The notes: generated by a model from the sequence alone, not told the origin. A DNA stretch of 64,000 bases from Candidatus Latescibacterota bacterium (GCA_965198115.1 OZ240241.1:3296001-3360000), one strand, 5' to 3'. Numbered from the stretch's first letter, positions 12,335 through 23,309 are shown. Translations and numbers: made by a program.

Positions 12335-13501
12335 GAGCAGCATCCGGGTTCTCCACATGGGAAACCTGGGTAACAATGCCTATCGTGAAGTGAAGTTCCT
12401 GCGACGCCGGGGCATCGAAGCGGATCTACTGGTCTTTTCCGGTGAGCTGGAAGGCAATACCCACCCCAGGCACGAGGACCTTCAGAACTACCGCGGCTTG
12501 CCCGATTGGGTCAAAGTCGAACACGAGCTCTGGGGCCGGCGTCCTGATCCCAAGACAAGACCAGTCGATTGGTTGGAGTGGAGAGCACAGCTGCCGGAGA
12601 GGGTTCGTCGATTCCTGGGGGGATATGATATCGTCCAGGCCTATTGCACGACGTCGATCTGGGTCAGGCGATTCATGCCAGAGGACGGACCGGCCCTCAT
12701 CACCTTCAGTACGGGCAGCGACCTGCGTGAACTGGCAACTCTGGGGCGTAGGCGACGAGCTCGTCGCCTACGACAGGCTTATCGATACGCCGACCTCAAA
12801 CTCTCAACAACCTCGACCAGATAGACAGCTGGGAACGGTTGGGTTTCGGAGACCCTGTCTTCATACCCAACCCTTACGATCTGGAGAACGTCTCCCCGTC
12901 CGAACGTCAGGACCACGACCGCCACGAGCTTCTCCTGTTCCATCCCACCCGGCTGGACTGGACTTACTCAGGCGAAGACCGAAGCTCCGGAAAGGCCAAC
13001 GACAGGCTGATTCGAGCATTCCGTCGCTTCCTCGACGATGGGCATAAAGCGCGTCTGCTTCTTCTTGAGCGAGGCGCGGACGTGCGGGCGACACACGAAC
13101 TCGTTAAGTCCCTCGGGCTGGCACAGTTCACCCTCTGGGAGTCGGAACTCAAGAAGAAACAGCTGGTCGACTACCTCAATGCGGCAGACATCGTCGCCGA
13201 CCAGTTCACGCTGGGCGCCTTCGGCGGGACGGCTCTGGAAGCCATGGCCTGTGCAAAGCCTCTCCTGACGCACCTCAAGTCGAGTCGCGCCCTGGAGTGC
13301 TATGGCGATCTACCACCCATTATGAATGTGGCCACCGAAGATGAGATCTACACAGCCCTGGTCGCCCTGCGATCACCCGCCGAGCGGAGCAAGCTCGGTC
13401 GCCGGGCCAGAGCCTGGATCGAAAAGCATCACGACTGGCGCGGTGTAACAGACACGCTGATCCGACTTTATGAGTCGACGCTGAACGGTACGGGTAGCTG
13501 A
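12324..13501 (+). CDS. Glycosyltransferase family 4-like, frameshift near 12815
   Basis: RVLHMGNLGNNAY, TGSDLRE. Second frame gives ADIVADQFTLGAFGGTALEAMACAKP. Confidence 0.8.
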
Positions 13502-13513
13502 GTCGCCTCCGCC

Positions 13514-13529
13514 AGGCACGCTGCTTGCC
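13514..13529 (+). promoter_or_regulatory. sigma54 (-24/-12) promoter upstream of GNAT/flippase genes
   Basis: AGGCACGCTGCTTGCC with GG-N10-GC spacing, inside the 125-bp intergenic gap. Confidence 0.6.
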
Positions 13530-13626
13530 ATCCCATCCCGACATCCCACCCCTCAGTCTGAATCACGGAGAAATCCTCCGTCTGATGAACACGTTGGAGC
13601 GATCCTGACACATACGGAACCGCATC

Positions 13627-14673
13627 ATGTTAACTGTTCAGAGAGTCTTCCCCCGGGACGAGTCCGAATGGGATTGTCATTTCGAAGGCCGATACCCCGC
13701 CGGGCTCGGCCAGTCGCATTTCTACGCACGTCTCTTCGGCCAGATCGACGGCTCTGAATCCGTCTTTCTTCAATGCGATCACGGGGGCACCGCTGTCGGA
13801 TGGCTCCTCCTGATGGAAAAACGTCTTTCCGATCGGTCGCAGATGCTCGACTGGATCGACGGCCCTGTGATGATGACGGAGGACGCACCTGAGGAAGTCG
13901 GTCTTGCCTTACTAGACTGGATTTCCCGCTACGCACGCGACCGACGGATCGCCAGGGCCTACTGTCACGGCCTCCCGATAGACCGTCGCTCTGACAGCAC
14001 TCTTGACGGGGCCTTTGCCTCGCGCGGATATGACCGACAGCCCTGGGCAACTTTCATCGTCGACCTGTGTACCGACGAGGAAGCCCTGTGGAAAGGTCTG
14101 AATCGAGCCGTACGGAAAGCCGTCAACAAGTGTTCGAGAGAGGGTCTGTCGGTCGTTCGAGCCGGCAGTCCAGACCAGTTCGCCAACCTCTTCTATCCTG
14201 CCCTGTCTGCGGGCAAAGCTGCCGCCGGGCTGACGACGCGTCCGCGTGAAGTCTACGATGTCGTCTTCGAGGAAGACCGGAAGTCCCGTTACGCATACTA
14301 CGTGGCAGTCGATGCCGATCACGTCCCTCTCGGCACCCTGGGTGTTCACACTTTCGGGGGCACAGCCACGGAAATCGCCTCAAGCGTCGTCCCAACCACC
14401 CGGCTGCCGGTCCAGGATCTGCTCCACTGGCACGCGCTCAAGCTGGCCAAAAAGGACGGATGCCATCAGTTCGACCTCGCCGGCGTGCATCCGAACCCGC
14501 TCCAGAATAGCAAGGAGGCCGGCATTCGTCGCTTCAAGGCAAAATGGGGAGGGACCTGCGTCGACTATGGCAGATACGGTCGTCACTTCGCCTGGTTGCC
14601 CCGAATCAAGCAATGGGCGAGAAAACAGAGCGCCTTGTCGCTCGTCACACGCGCGGTAAGCGTTGGCCGATGA
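13627..14673 (+). CDS. FemAB/FemX-like GNAT acyltransferase
   Basis: TFIVDL..DEEALWK.L....RKAVNK, LLHWHALK, FDLAG, GIRRFKAKWGG. Confidence 0.8.
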   Translation: MLTVQRVFPRDESEWDCHFEGRYPAGLGQSHFYARLFGQIDGSESVFLQCDHGGTAVGWLLLMEKRLSDRSQMLDWIDGPVMMTEDAPEEVGLALLDWISRYARDRRIARAYCHGLPIDRRSDSTLDGAFASRGYDRQPWATFIVDLCTDEEALWKGLNRAVRKAVNKCSREGLSVVRAGSPDQFANLFYPALSAGKAAAGLTTRPREVYDVVFEEDRKSRYAYYVAVDADHVPLGTLGVHTFGGTATEIASSVVPTTRLPVQDLLHWHALKLAKKDGCHQFDLAGVHPNPLQNSKEAGIRRFKAKWGGTCVDYGRYGRHFAWLPRIKQWARKQSALSLVTRAVSVGR

Positions 14674-16123
14674 TCAAGTCCTACTTCAAGAACGCCGGGA
14701 TCCTCGGTCTGATCGAAGTGGCCCTGAGGATGAAGGGTCTGATCATTCTGCCCATCCTTACGCGGCACTTCGGCGCAGTGAACTACGGCGTCTGGGCACA
14801 GGTCGGTGTGCTGACCGGCCTACTGGCGACCTTCGTTACGTTCAAGACAGATGGTGCGCTGGTTCGGTACCTTCCCGGGGGCGACCAACAGACGCGTCGG
14901 GAGGGTCTGTCCACGCTCGTCGTCTGCCTGTTCCTCAGCATCTGCGGATGCTGGGTGGTCATCCATACCGCACGCGAGGAGTTGGCTTCGATCCTGCTCG
15001 GATCACCCGAAGAGGGAAGATTCATCTCGCTTGCGGGTTTCGTGGTCCTCAACAGCGTGCTCTACACGATCGTCGGCAAATGGTATCGGATCATCGACAA
15101 TGCTGGCATGGTCGGTTGGATCAGCGCTATTCAGGCTGTCACCGGGCTGGCTGCAGTTGCAGTCGTTGCTCTCGCCGACGCGGGTGTATTTGAGCTCATC
15201 GCTATAACGACGGCTGTCGAGTTCGTGTTCGCCGTCGCACTGCTCTGGAAGATCCTCTGGGAACTCGGCTTTGTACGGCCTCGATTCGACGTGATGATTC
15301 GGTATCTGAAATTCGGTCTTCCGTTTCTCCCAGCGAGCTATGCCACGTGGATCGTTCACGCTTCGGACCGTCTTCTGATCCAACATTTCGGATCGATCGC
15401 CGATGTCGGCGTCTACAGCGTCGCTTACAGTGTGGGCTGCTTGTTCGTCCCCCTATTCACGAAGCCATTCCGCACGATGTATACGGCGAGGGCGAGTGAA
15501 CTCTACGACACCGGACGACTCGAGGACCTCCATCGCCTGTTCCACCACTCCAGTCGCACGGCGCTGGGGCTGGTCATCCGTCGATCATCGGGTTCTCCGC
15601 ACTCGCCAACCCCTTCTTTCATATCCTGACCACACCGGAATTCGAGACGGGCGCCCCACTCGCCGCGATCGTGGCGACAGGCTATGTCATCCACTTCTAC
15701 GCCGGCTACTTCGCCGTCTCGCTCAGTCTGGTACACCGGACGCATTGGGCAACGATCGGCACGATCGTCGCCGCCGTCGCAAACGTTGGCCTGAATCTGC
15801 TACTCATCCCTCAGTACGGATTGGTTGGCGCGGCCACCTCGACCGTCGTCGCATTCAGCTTGAACACGTTGGTCTGCGGCTACCAGGCACAGAAGTATAT
15901 CCGGCTGCAGCTGGACGGGCTGTTCATCCTCAAGTCGCTCCTCGCCTCGATCGCCATGTTTCCCGTGCTGAGCGTTCTCCCGTCCGAGTCGATTGCTCAC
16001 CTCATCCTGAATGTGATCGCCGGTCTCTGTGTCTATGCGTGTGCGATGCTGGCCCTCCGGGTCTTCAGCGACGATGAGAAGCGTCAACTCGCTCGGTGGT
16101 TCCAGCCCCGAAGGGCAGCCTGA
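14670..16123 (+). CDS. Oligosaccharide flippase (Wzx-like), frameshift near 15580
   Basis: Multi-TM protein with LPILTR.FG...YG, SDRLLI......VGVYSVA, NVGLNLLLIPQYGLVGAA. Confidence 0.88.
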
Positions 16124-16869
16124 TGGAAACCACACTGACCACCTCGACTTCGGCTGCTTTCCGGGCTCGGCCCAGAGAAAGCACGGTAACGGGTCTGGTG
16201 GGCTACGGACCCGGGGCCGAGCCGGAGACCTGGCTGACGCAAGACGCTGACATCCACGTGCTTGAACCCGGACAGGACGAACTCTGCCTTCTAGGCTCTC
16301 ACGATCTGGAGTTCTGTCCAGAGGCCTTGAGCCGCGAGCTCGAGAACGTAACCGCCACGACATTGGCGTTCCCGATCCTCCTCGAAAACGTGTTCGCCGA
16401 TCAGGATCCGACCAGCTATGTCGCCCGAATGGGAGCCGCCTTCCCCGATGCCAGTCAGGTCGTGGTTGTCGCGGCACCGGACACAGCAGCCGAGGTGCTT
16501 TATCGAAACTACGTACGGCTGGGAGGTAGCCTTCACATCAGAGAGCTCTTCTATAGGCCGGGGTCGCCCGGCGTCGATGTGTTCGCATACCCTTTCTTGG
16601 TCGAGGCGATCACGCGTAATCCCGAACCCACTCGGGAGACCTGCGTCATTCGCGTCGATCACCAAAAAGGCCGTCTGGCGGCAGTAGAAGCACTTGGTTT
16701 GCCCACGTCTGCTTTGCTCACGACGCATAGGCCGCGTTACGCTCTCTCCTATGGTGCGACCCACCGATGTCGGTGGATCAACCAGGTGACAGCCACCCCG
16801 CACTCTGATGCACCATCGACGGGACCGATCCAGGCAAGAAGCACCGCAGGTCCGTCGCAATCGGCTTGA
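16123..16869 (+). CDS. Hypothetical protein in glycan operon
   Basis: TGATG overlap with flippase stop; no recognisable motif. Confidence 0.5.
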   Translation: METTLTTSTSAAFRARPRESTVTGLVGYGPGAEPETWLTQDADIHVLEPGQDELCLLGSHDLEFCPEALSRELENVTATTLAFPILLENVFADQDPTSYVARMGAAFPDASQVVVVAAPDTAAEVLYRNYVRLGGSLHIRELFYRPGSPGVDVFAYPFLVEAITRNPEPTRETCVIRVDHQKGRLAAVEALGLPTSALLTTHRPRYALSYGATHRCRWINQVTATPHSDAPSTGPIQARSTAGPSQSA

Positions 16870-16881
16870 GGACGGCGCTTC

Positions 16882-18045
16882 GTGGACCGCCCAAAGAAGT
16901 GGTTCGCCCGAAGACTGGTGAAGCGGACGATCTTGCGCAGTGCAAGAAAGACCGATGACGATCTCACGATTGCCCAGGATCTTGTGCAGCGCAGCCAACA
17001 CCCACGGATGCCGTCGTCAGCGAGCAGTCGCTCATCGGAGCCGCTTCTCGCCGACGCACTCCACATCGGCTACCAGAAAACGGCGACCACTTGGCTGCAG
17101 ACCGACATCATCCCTGCCCTGCCTGACGTCGCCCCCCTCGCCAAACCCGCACTCATCGATCGGGGCTACCGTGACGTGCTCGACCGCATTTGCTCTGACC
17201 GGGATGGCACCTTCGACGCGGGGGCCCTGCGGGACCGAATCGGGCGCATACACGAATCCAACGGGCTGACCGACCACCGGAAGCGTCTGATCTGCTACGA
17301 GCACCTGTGCGGAGAACTCTTCTCAGGATGGGACACGATCAGAGTACTCGACAGGGCGCGGAATGTGTTCGGCCCAACGAAGATCATCGCCACGATTCGC
17401 GAACAGAAAAGCATGGTCGAGTCTCTCTATCGATATTACCTGCAATGCGGGGGAAGCCTCGATCTCGCCGACTTCCTGTTCAGACCCTCCTCACCCGCTG
17501 TCAGTAACAGCGGCGTACCCGGCTGGCAGATCAAGTTCAGTTACGACCGAGTGATGACGTACTGCCAGAGTCTTTTCGGAGAGGAGAATGTGCGTTTCCT
17601 GCCATTCGAGTGGATTCGCAAGGATACTTGCAGGTTCCTCAAAGCCTATTTTGGCTTCTTCGGTGTCGATGTGCCTGCGTCGCTGGCAGACCGCGATCAG
17701 GCACGAAACGAAGCCATGTCGTTCTATGGGTCATCCGCGTTGAGGGTGCTGAATCAGTACCGATCGACGAAATACTCCGACGCTCCTTTTGCGCGGAATC
17801 TTTCGCCCTTCTTCATCAGCCTCCAGACAAATGTGCTGGCCCCCGTGGATCGAGCGTGTTTCGGGAGCCTCGGACGGGCGAAGAGGTTCGTGAATCAGGC
17901 CGTTCCAGACAGACCATGGATTCCCGCGGTCTGGCAAGAATACGCATCCTTCGCAGAAGCATTCGACGCATTTTTCGCCGAATCCAACCGCAATCTGGTA
18001 GGCTACACCGGCCAGCTGCTACACGACTTCGGTTACGCAACCTGA
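16882..18045 (+). CDS. Sulfotransferase-fold protein (start may be ATG 17008)
   Basis: LHIGYQKTATTWLQ (5'-PSB loop), IIATIREQ...SLY (3'-PB motif), LPFE. Confidence 0.8.
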   Translation: MDRPKKWFARRLVKRTILRSARKTDDDLTIAQDLVQRSQHPRMPSSASSRSSEPLLADALHIGYQKTATTWLQTDIIPALPDVAPLAKPALIDRGYRDVLDRICSDRDGTFDAGALRDRIGRIHESNGLTDHRKRLICYEHLCGELFSGWDTIRVLDRARNVFGPTKIIATIREQKSMVESLYRYYLQCGGSLDLADFLFRPSSPAVSNSGVPGWQIKFSYDRVMTYCQSLFGEENVRFLPFEWIRKDTCRFLKAYFGFFGVDVPASLADRDQARNEAMSFYGSSALRVLNQYRSTKYSDAPFARNLSPFFISLQTNVLAPVDRACFGSLGRAKRFVNQAVPDRPWIPAVWQEYASFAEAFDAFFAESNRNLVGYTGQLLHDFGYAT

Positions 18046-18062
18046 GAAAGCGGGAGGAAATC

Positions 18063-19010
18063 GTGTCCATCCGATCAATACTCGTTACGGGCGGATGTGG
18101 GTTCATCGGTTCGAACCTGGCCCCATACCTCATCGATCGAGGCTACGAGGTCTCTGTATTCGACAACTTGTCAATTGGATCGCGCGAGGCGTTGACAGGG
18201 TTGCCCGTTGAGGTCCATACCGGCGACATTCTCGACCGACAGGCAGTGGACTCAGCGATGCGTGAGTGCGACGCCGTGGTCCACCTAGCTGCCCATTCGA
18301 GTGTTGTAGACTCGATCGAGAACCCGATGGTCGACGCGCAGATCAACGTGATGGGCACGTTGAACGTCCTCCAGGCCGCGGTCGCTCATAAAGTACAATC
18401 GTTCGTTCAGGCTTCCTCGAATGCCCCGATCGGAGAACAGCCTCCCCCATCGTCCGAGGACAAAGCGGCGCGCCCTTCAGCTCCCTACGGGGCAAGTAAG
18501 CTTGCCTGCGAAGGCTACTGTTCGGCTTTCCACAAATCCTATGGATTGAAAGCCGTAGCTCTGCGGTTCGCGAATGCTTACGGTCCTCGCTCCACGCACA
18601 AAGCCAGCGCAGTTGCCAAGTTCATTCGACTGATCCTCTCCGGCGAAGGGCTGACGATCTTCGGCGACGGTGGTCAGACCCGCGATTTCGTTCACGTTCA
18701 GGATATCTGTCAGGGCATCCACAAGGCCCTCATCTCCGAACGCGGCGGTGAGCTCTACTGTTTAGGTACGGGCATCGAGACCAGCGTACTTCGGCTGGTC
18801 GATCTGTTCAGAGAAATCAGTGGACTGGACTTCCCAGTGGCTCACGTGCCAGCGCGGGCGGGCGAGATCACACGAAACTACACCGACATCTCGAAGGCGC
18901 GGGCAGAGTTGGGTTTCGAGCCGACGGTCGAGCTCCGAGATGGACTTCGCGCGTGTTTCAACTGGTTCGTCGAGAGCACGGGGCATACTCAGTCCGTGAC
19001 AGCGGGATAG
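18063..19010 (+). CDS. NAD-dependent nucleotide-sugar epimerase/dehydratase
   Basis: GGAGG RBS and GTG start; LVTGGCGFIGS, YGASK, FGDGGQTRDFVHV. Confidence 0.92.
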   Translation: MSIRSILVTGGCGFIGSNLAPYLIDRGYEVSVFDNLSIGSREALTGLPVEVHTGDILDRQAVDSAMRECDAVVHLAAHSSVVDSIENPMVDAQINVMGTLNVLQAAVAHKVQSFVQASSNAPIGEQPPPSSEDKAARPSAPYGASKLACEGYCSAFHKSYGLKAVALRFANAYGPRSTHKASAVAKFIRLILSGEGLTIFGDGGQTRDFVHVQDICQGIHKALISERGGELYCLGTGIETSVLRLVDLFREISGLDFPVAHVPARAGEITRNYTDISKARAELGFEPTVELRDGLRACFNWFVESTGHTQSVTAG

Positions 19011-19014
19011 ACAT

Positions 19015-19097
19015 TTGGGACGCAAGGATACCACTATTAGTCTCCTGCGAGAGGAAGACGGCATCCATCGACTGCTGGACGTCGGCTGCAGTTTCGG
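19015..19097 (+). pseudogene. 5' stub of a class I methyltransferase cut by IS256
   Basis: Reads LGRKDTTISLLREEDGIHRLLDVGCSFG and stops at the IS256 left end. Confidence 0.6.
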
Positions 19098-19684
19098 GAG
19101 CTATAATCAAAAGGTGTGGAAAAAGAGAAAGGGCGACCCTACCCTTCCCGTGAGATAGTTGATTCACACAAAACCGGGTGAGAGGCCCGGTTGGGAAGGA
19201 GGATCGCCGTGAAGGAACATACGCATAGAGCCCCATTGAAGTCCATGCCGACGTGGGAGACGGTTGACGATTGGATCCGTGAAGAGATCCAGGGCCGGTT
19301 CCAGTCCATTCTGGAGGAGGAGGCGACCGCGTTCTTGGGCCGGTCGTGGTATGAGCGCCGAGCCGAGGTCGATAGCTCCACGGGCTACAGGAACGGCTAC
19401 GGCAAGCCCCGGCGTCTCTCGACGAGCTGCGGAACGATCAAGGTCCGGCGTCCCCGGATTCGTGGTCTGGAAGAGCGGTTTGAAAGCCGCATCCTCCCCC
19501 TGTTCGCCCGGAGAACCAGGGCCATTGGAGATCTGCTTCCCGACCTTTATCTCCACGGTCTCTCCCAGGGCGACTTCGAGTTGTCTTTGCGTGCGCTGCT
19601 CGGTGATGGCGCGCCGCTTTCGCCGACCTCGATCGCTCGTCTTCGAGGGAAGTGGGAGGTCGACTTCCAGGACTGGAAAGAAAG
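19098..19684 (+). mobile_element. IS256-family IS, 5' part truncated by ISL3
   Basis: Near-identical to the start of 47966-49339 (GAGCTATAATCAAAAGGTGTGG...); YRNGYGKPR motif. Confidence 0.92.
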
Positions 19685-21104
19685 GGCTCTATCCGGGTTT
19701 CTCAACGGTGAAACTATAGAATGACAAGGTCATAGATCGTTCCCTACGCTTGGTTGTGTGTGTAGGACAATCAAAGCGAAGGGGGTGCGACCTATGACCG
19801 GGAGCAGATTACTATCGAAACTGCTGAGATTCAAGGGGTTCCGTGTTGTCAGCTGGTGGTTTGAGGGGAGAAGCTGCTTCGTCATCGCCGTAAAGCCACA
19901 TAAGAATGGTTGTTGTTGTCCGGAGTTCGGCCGTCGAGGTAAAATCGTCCGCACAATGCCCCATCCGCGTCGGTGGCGTGACATTCCGGTGTGCGGGTGG
20001 AGGGTCTGGCTTCTCTACCATCCTCGGGAGATTCGGTGTCCTACCCACGGTCGTGTGGTCGAGGAGATTCCGTGGGCGGAGCGGTTCTCTCGGGTGACGT
20101 ATCGCTTCGAGTATGCCATGCTGCGCTACTGCCAGACCATGACGCAGAAGGCGGCGTCCGAGTTACTGCGCATCTCTGCCTCGACGCTGTCGGATCTCCT
20201 TCACCGATCCATCACGCGGCTTCGTGAAGGTCATCGTATCCGAGGGCTCAAAACCATCGGGATCGACGAGATCTCCTACGCCAAGCGTCACAGGTACGCC
20301 ACGCTCGTTTACGATCTGGACCGCTCCTGCGTGGTGTGGGTTGGCCGCGGCAGGGCGCGTAAAACGATCGATCGGTTCTTCACAGAGGCTCTCAGTCCCT
20401 ACCGGAGATCCAAGATCGAGTGGGCCTGCTGCGACATGAGCGAAGCTTACATCGGAGCCATCCAGGAACACTGTCCGAATGCCAAGCTGGTCCTCGATCG
20501 CTTTCACATCGTCAAGGCTCTCAATGCCGCCGTTGACGAGGTCCGTAAGGACCAGTGGCGTAAAGCTGCCCCGGATGAGCGCAAAGCCATGAAGGGTCTC
20601 CGATGGCTCCTCTACCGGCACTCAGCGACACGCTCCAGAGGGGATACTCGGACACTCAAAGCACTGGAGAAGGCGAACTACCGAATCTATAGAGCCTGGA
20701 GACTCAAGGACGAGTTCGAGCAGTTCTGGGAATACAAAGCGCCCTGGGCTGCCGAACGCTTCCTGAAATGCTGGACGACGTCCGCACTCAGAAGTCGACT
20801 TGAACCCCTGCGAAAGTTCGTCAGGACCCTGCGACAGCACTTCTTCGGCGTCCTCGCATTCGTGAACACGCGTCTTACCAACGCCATCGCCGAAGGCCTC
20901 AACCGAATCGTCCAAATCGTCAAGAACCGAGCCAGCGGATTCCGCACACTCGACGCATTCAACGATATGATCTTCCTTACCGTCGGAGACATAAACATCC
21001 CTGAGCAGATTCCGAAGAGGTTCCGCACACGCTAACCGCGCCCCCATGCCAGGAACCACGGCACCTTCACCCACTTCATCTCGTTGAGAGATCCGGATAT
21101 AGCC
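19685..21104 (+). mobile_element. ISL3-family IS, copy 2 (transposase 19758-21035)
   Basis: Same 1420-bp element, inverted. Flanks AAAGAAAG / CTAAAAAG do not form a TSD. CPECG is changed to CPEFG. Confidence 0.95.
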
Positions 21105-21432
21105 CTAAAAAGAGACTCACCGAATAGAAGAGTCCGGTGATGATTCCGATGGACTTGAGGCTCTCACCCAATACCATCAAAGAAAGGCATTGAATCCAGC
21201 TTGTCAGCATGCCGTAGATCGTCACCACTTCCTTGTGTGGAATGAGGCCCATTTTCAGATCCAAAGCGGGTAGATACACAAAGCCCCAATGGTGACTGTC
21301 GTGATTGACGGTGGATTCAATCCAGCTGAATGCAAAGCTCACGCAGCACACGGCTATCACCGCAGCATCATAGAAACGGTCGTTCCTGAGAATCGCCCGA
21401 CTTCGCTGAAGAGCAATGGACATTCCTGGCAC
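21105..21432 (-). pseudogene. Membrane protein (GT-C-like N-terminus) truncated by ISL3
   Basis: TM helix, HDSHHWG...GLIPHKEVVTIYG, second TM helix, then runs into the IS end. Confidence 0.6.
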
Positions 21433-21666
21433 GATGATCGTCCTATGGCAGCGGGATCAGGCCGAGCGTAGACGAACTTGGCCGCTGGGGGCGGTAGGTC
21501 GTGGATGGCGTGTTCCCGCCTTCGCGCAGGTGCGCTTCCTCTCGACTTTGCTCGAGACAGGCTCCGGGAACCAGTTGTCAGTCGTCAGGGAAGCTTGCCC
21601 CAGAAAGGGGAAGAGAAACGACGATTGGCGGGAACATGATGACGCGATCGCGAGGCCTGCGCAACC

Positions 21667-21695
21667 TTGACAGAAACCATCGGAAAGTTTAGATT
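21667..21695 (+). promoter_or_regulatory. sigma70 promoter of tRNA-Glu
   Basis: TTGACA-17 nt-TAGATT, ending 15 nt before the tRNA. Confidence 0.8.
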
Positions 21696-21710
21696 CTCAG
21701 CCACTTAGGT

Positions 21711-21786
21711 GACCCCGTCGTTCAGTGGCCTAGGACACCTGACTCTCACTCAGGAAACGGGGGTTCGACTCCCCTCGGGGTCACCA
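21711..21786 (+). tRNA. tRNA-Glu (anticodon CTC)
   Basis: Acceptor stem GACCCCG/CGGGGTC, D arm GTTC/GGAC, anticodon arm CCTGA-CTCTCAC-TCAGG, T loop TTCGACT, encoded CCA; 76 nt. Confidence 0.95.
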
Positions 21787-23306
21787 TGCTAACGCAACCC
21801 AGTGAGTCTAGCAGCCCTTCCGGATTGGCTTCCAGGAGGGCTGCTCCTGTTCTGGGAATCTTGATTTGGCGGATGTGTTCCTGGAGCAGGACCTTCTGCT
21901 CCTCGGGCGTTGCGTAGTTCAGAGTCTCCTTCAGGTCCCGAATCGCGGCCTTGATCTTCCTCCGACCCATATTCCCCACCTGAGCTTTCTCAGCACCCTT
22001 CAGTTCCTTCGTCTCCGCCTTTAGCTCAGTCTTCCGGGCCTCACACGCTTTGTATTCCTTCACGAAATCCTCAATCGGGCCGCCGGCCTTAATAGCCGCC
22101 GTCAGGTTCTTCATCTCCCGATCGACCTGCCGAATCTGGCGATCTACCTCCTTCGCCCGTCCGGAATTCGCCAGTCCCGTCTCTTTAAGCTGAGCCCTCA
22201 ACTCCTCGAGAATGGCCTCGATCGTGTCCACGTTGAGCAGCTTCTCGGACAAGAGGTCCAGAACTGCCCCCTCCAGCTTGTCTTTGTTGACTGTCCGGCC
22301 GTTGCCGCAGACAGCCTTGCCCCGGTTCGAGTGGTAGGAGCAGCGGTAGAATTTCCGGGCTTTCCCGTTCTTCTTTGTCGTGGTGATCGTGAAGTTGGCA
22401 CCACATTCCTCGCACTTGAGGAGTCCTGACAACAGAAACTTCGAGCGAGCACCCTTGTGGTTCGTCTTGCCACTGTCAATATGGAAGCTGATCTGTCCCC
22501 TCTGTGCCTGGACCGCCTCCCACAAGCCGGCCTCGATGATCGCCGGATGTGCGCCTTCGGCAATCACCCACTCTTCGTGCGGCTTTGGAACCTTCGTCCC
22601 TCGCTGCAGCTTCTTGTTTCGCCTGGTCTGATTCCAGACACGATTTCCCAAGTAATTCTCGTTTAGGATGATCGTCCGCACCCCAGAAATGTCCCACGTC
22701 CCATCCCGGGGCGAGATGACGCGATCAGCATTCAGATTGTGAGTGATCTTCTTGTAACCCAAACCTTCGGCGTACTCTCTGAAGATGTGCTGAACGATTT
22801 CTGCTTCTTCGGGCACGACCTCGAATGTCGTGTATTCGACCACCTGGCCGTCTTTGTCTGTCTTCCCCTCAGGATCTGGTACCTTCACACGTCGATAGCC
22901 ATAGGGCGCCTTGCCGCCGCCGTGGAATCCCTTCTTCGTGACCTGCTTCTGGCCCTGGAAGGCGTATTCGCCAATCTGGATTGAGTCGAACTCATCCTTC
23001 CATTCGTAGATCCGCTCTATCAGCGTGCCGATATGGCCTTCCGGGACCGGCTGGGACACGAACCTGACATCTACCCCTTGTCGGCGTAGCCCAATCTTGT
23101 TGAAGATGGCCTCATCCTGGTCGCGACCGAATCGTGATGTTGACCAGGCGATTACGACATCGAACGGGCGTTCCCTGTCCTTGGCGATGCCGACCATCTG
23201 GTTGAAGGCTTCACGCCGGAAGGTTGACGTTCCGGATCGGGCCTCATCGACGAAGATGTTGGCGTCATCCAGAGTCCATCCCTGCTTGGTGATATATTCC
23301 CGACAC
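21746..23306 (-). pseudogene. Large serine recombinase, N-terminally truncated (catalytic Ser motif missing)
   Basis: Frame open from 23306: CREYITKQGW...FVDEARSG, SRFGRD, GGKAPYGY, LLSGLLKCEECG, YRC, coiled coil. No YxRxS motif. C-terminus overlaps the tRNA. Confidence 0.88.
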
Positions 23307-23309
23307 TAT

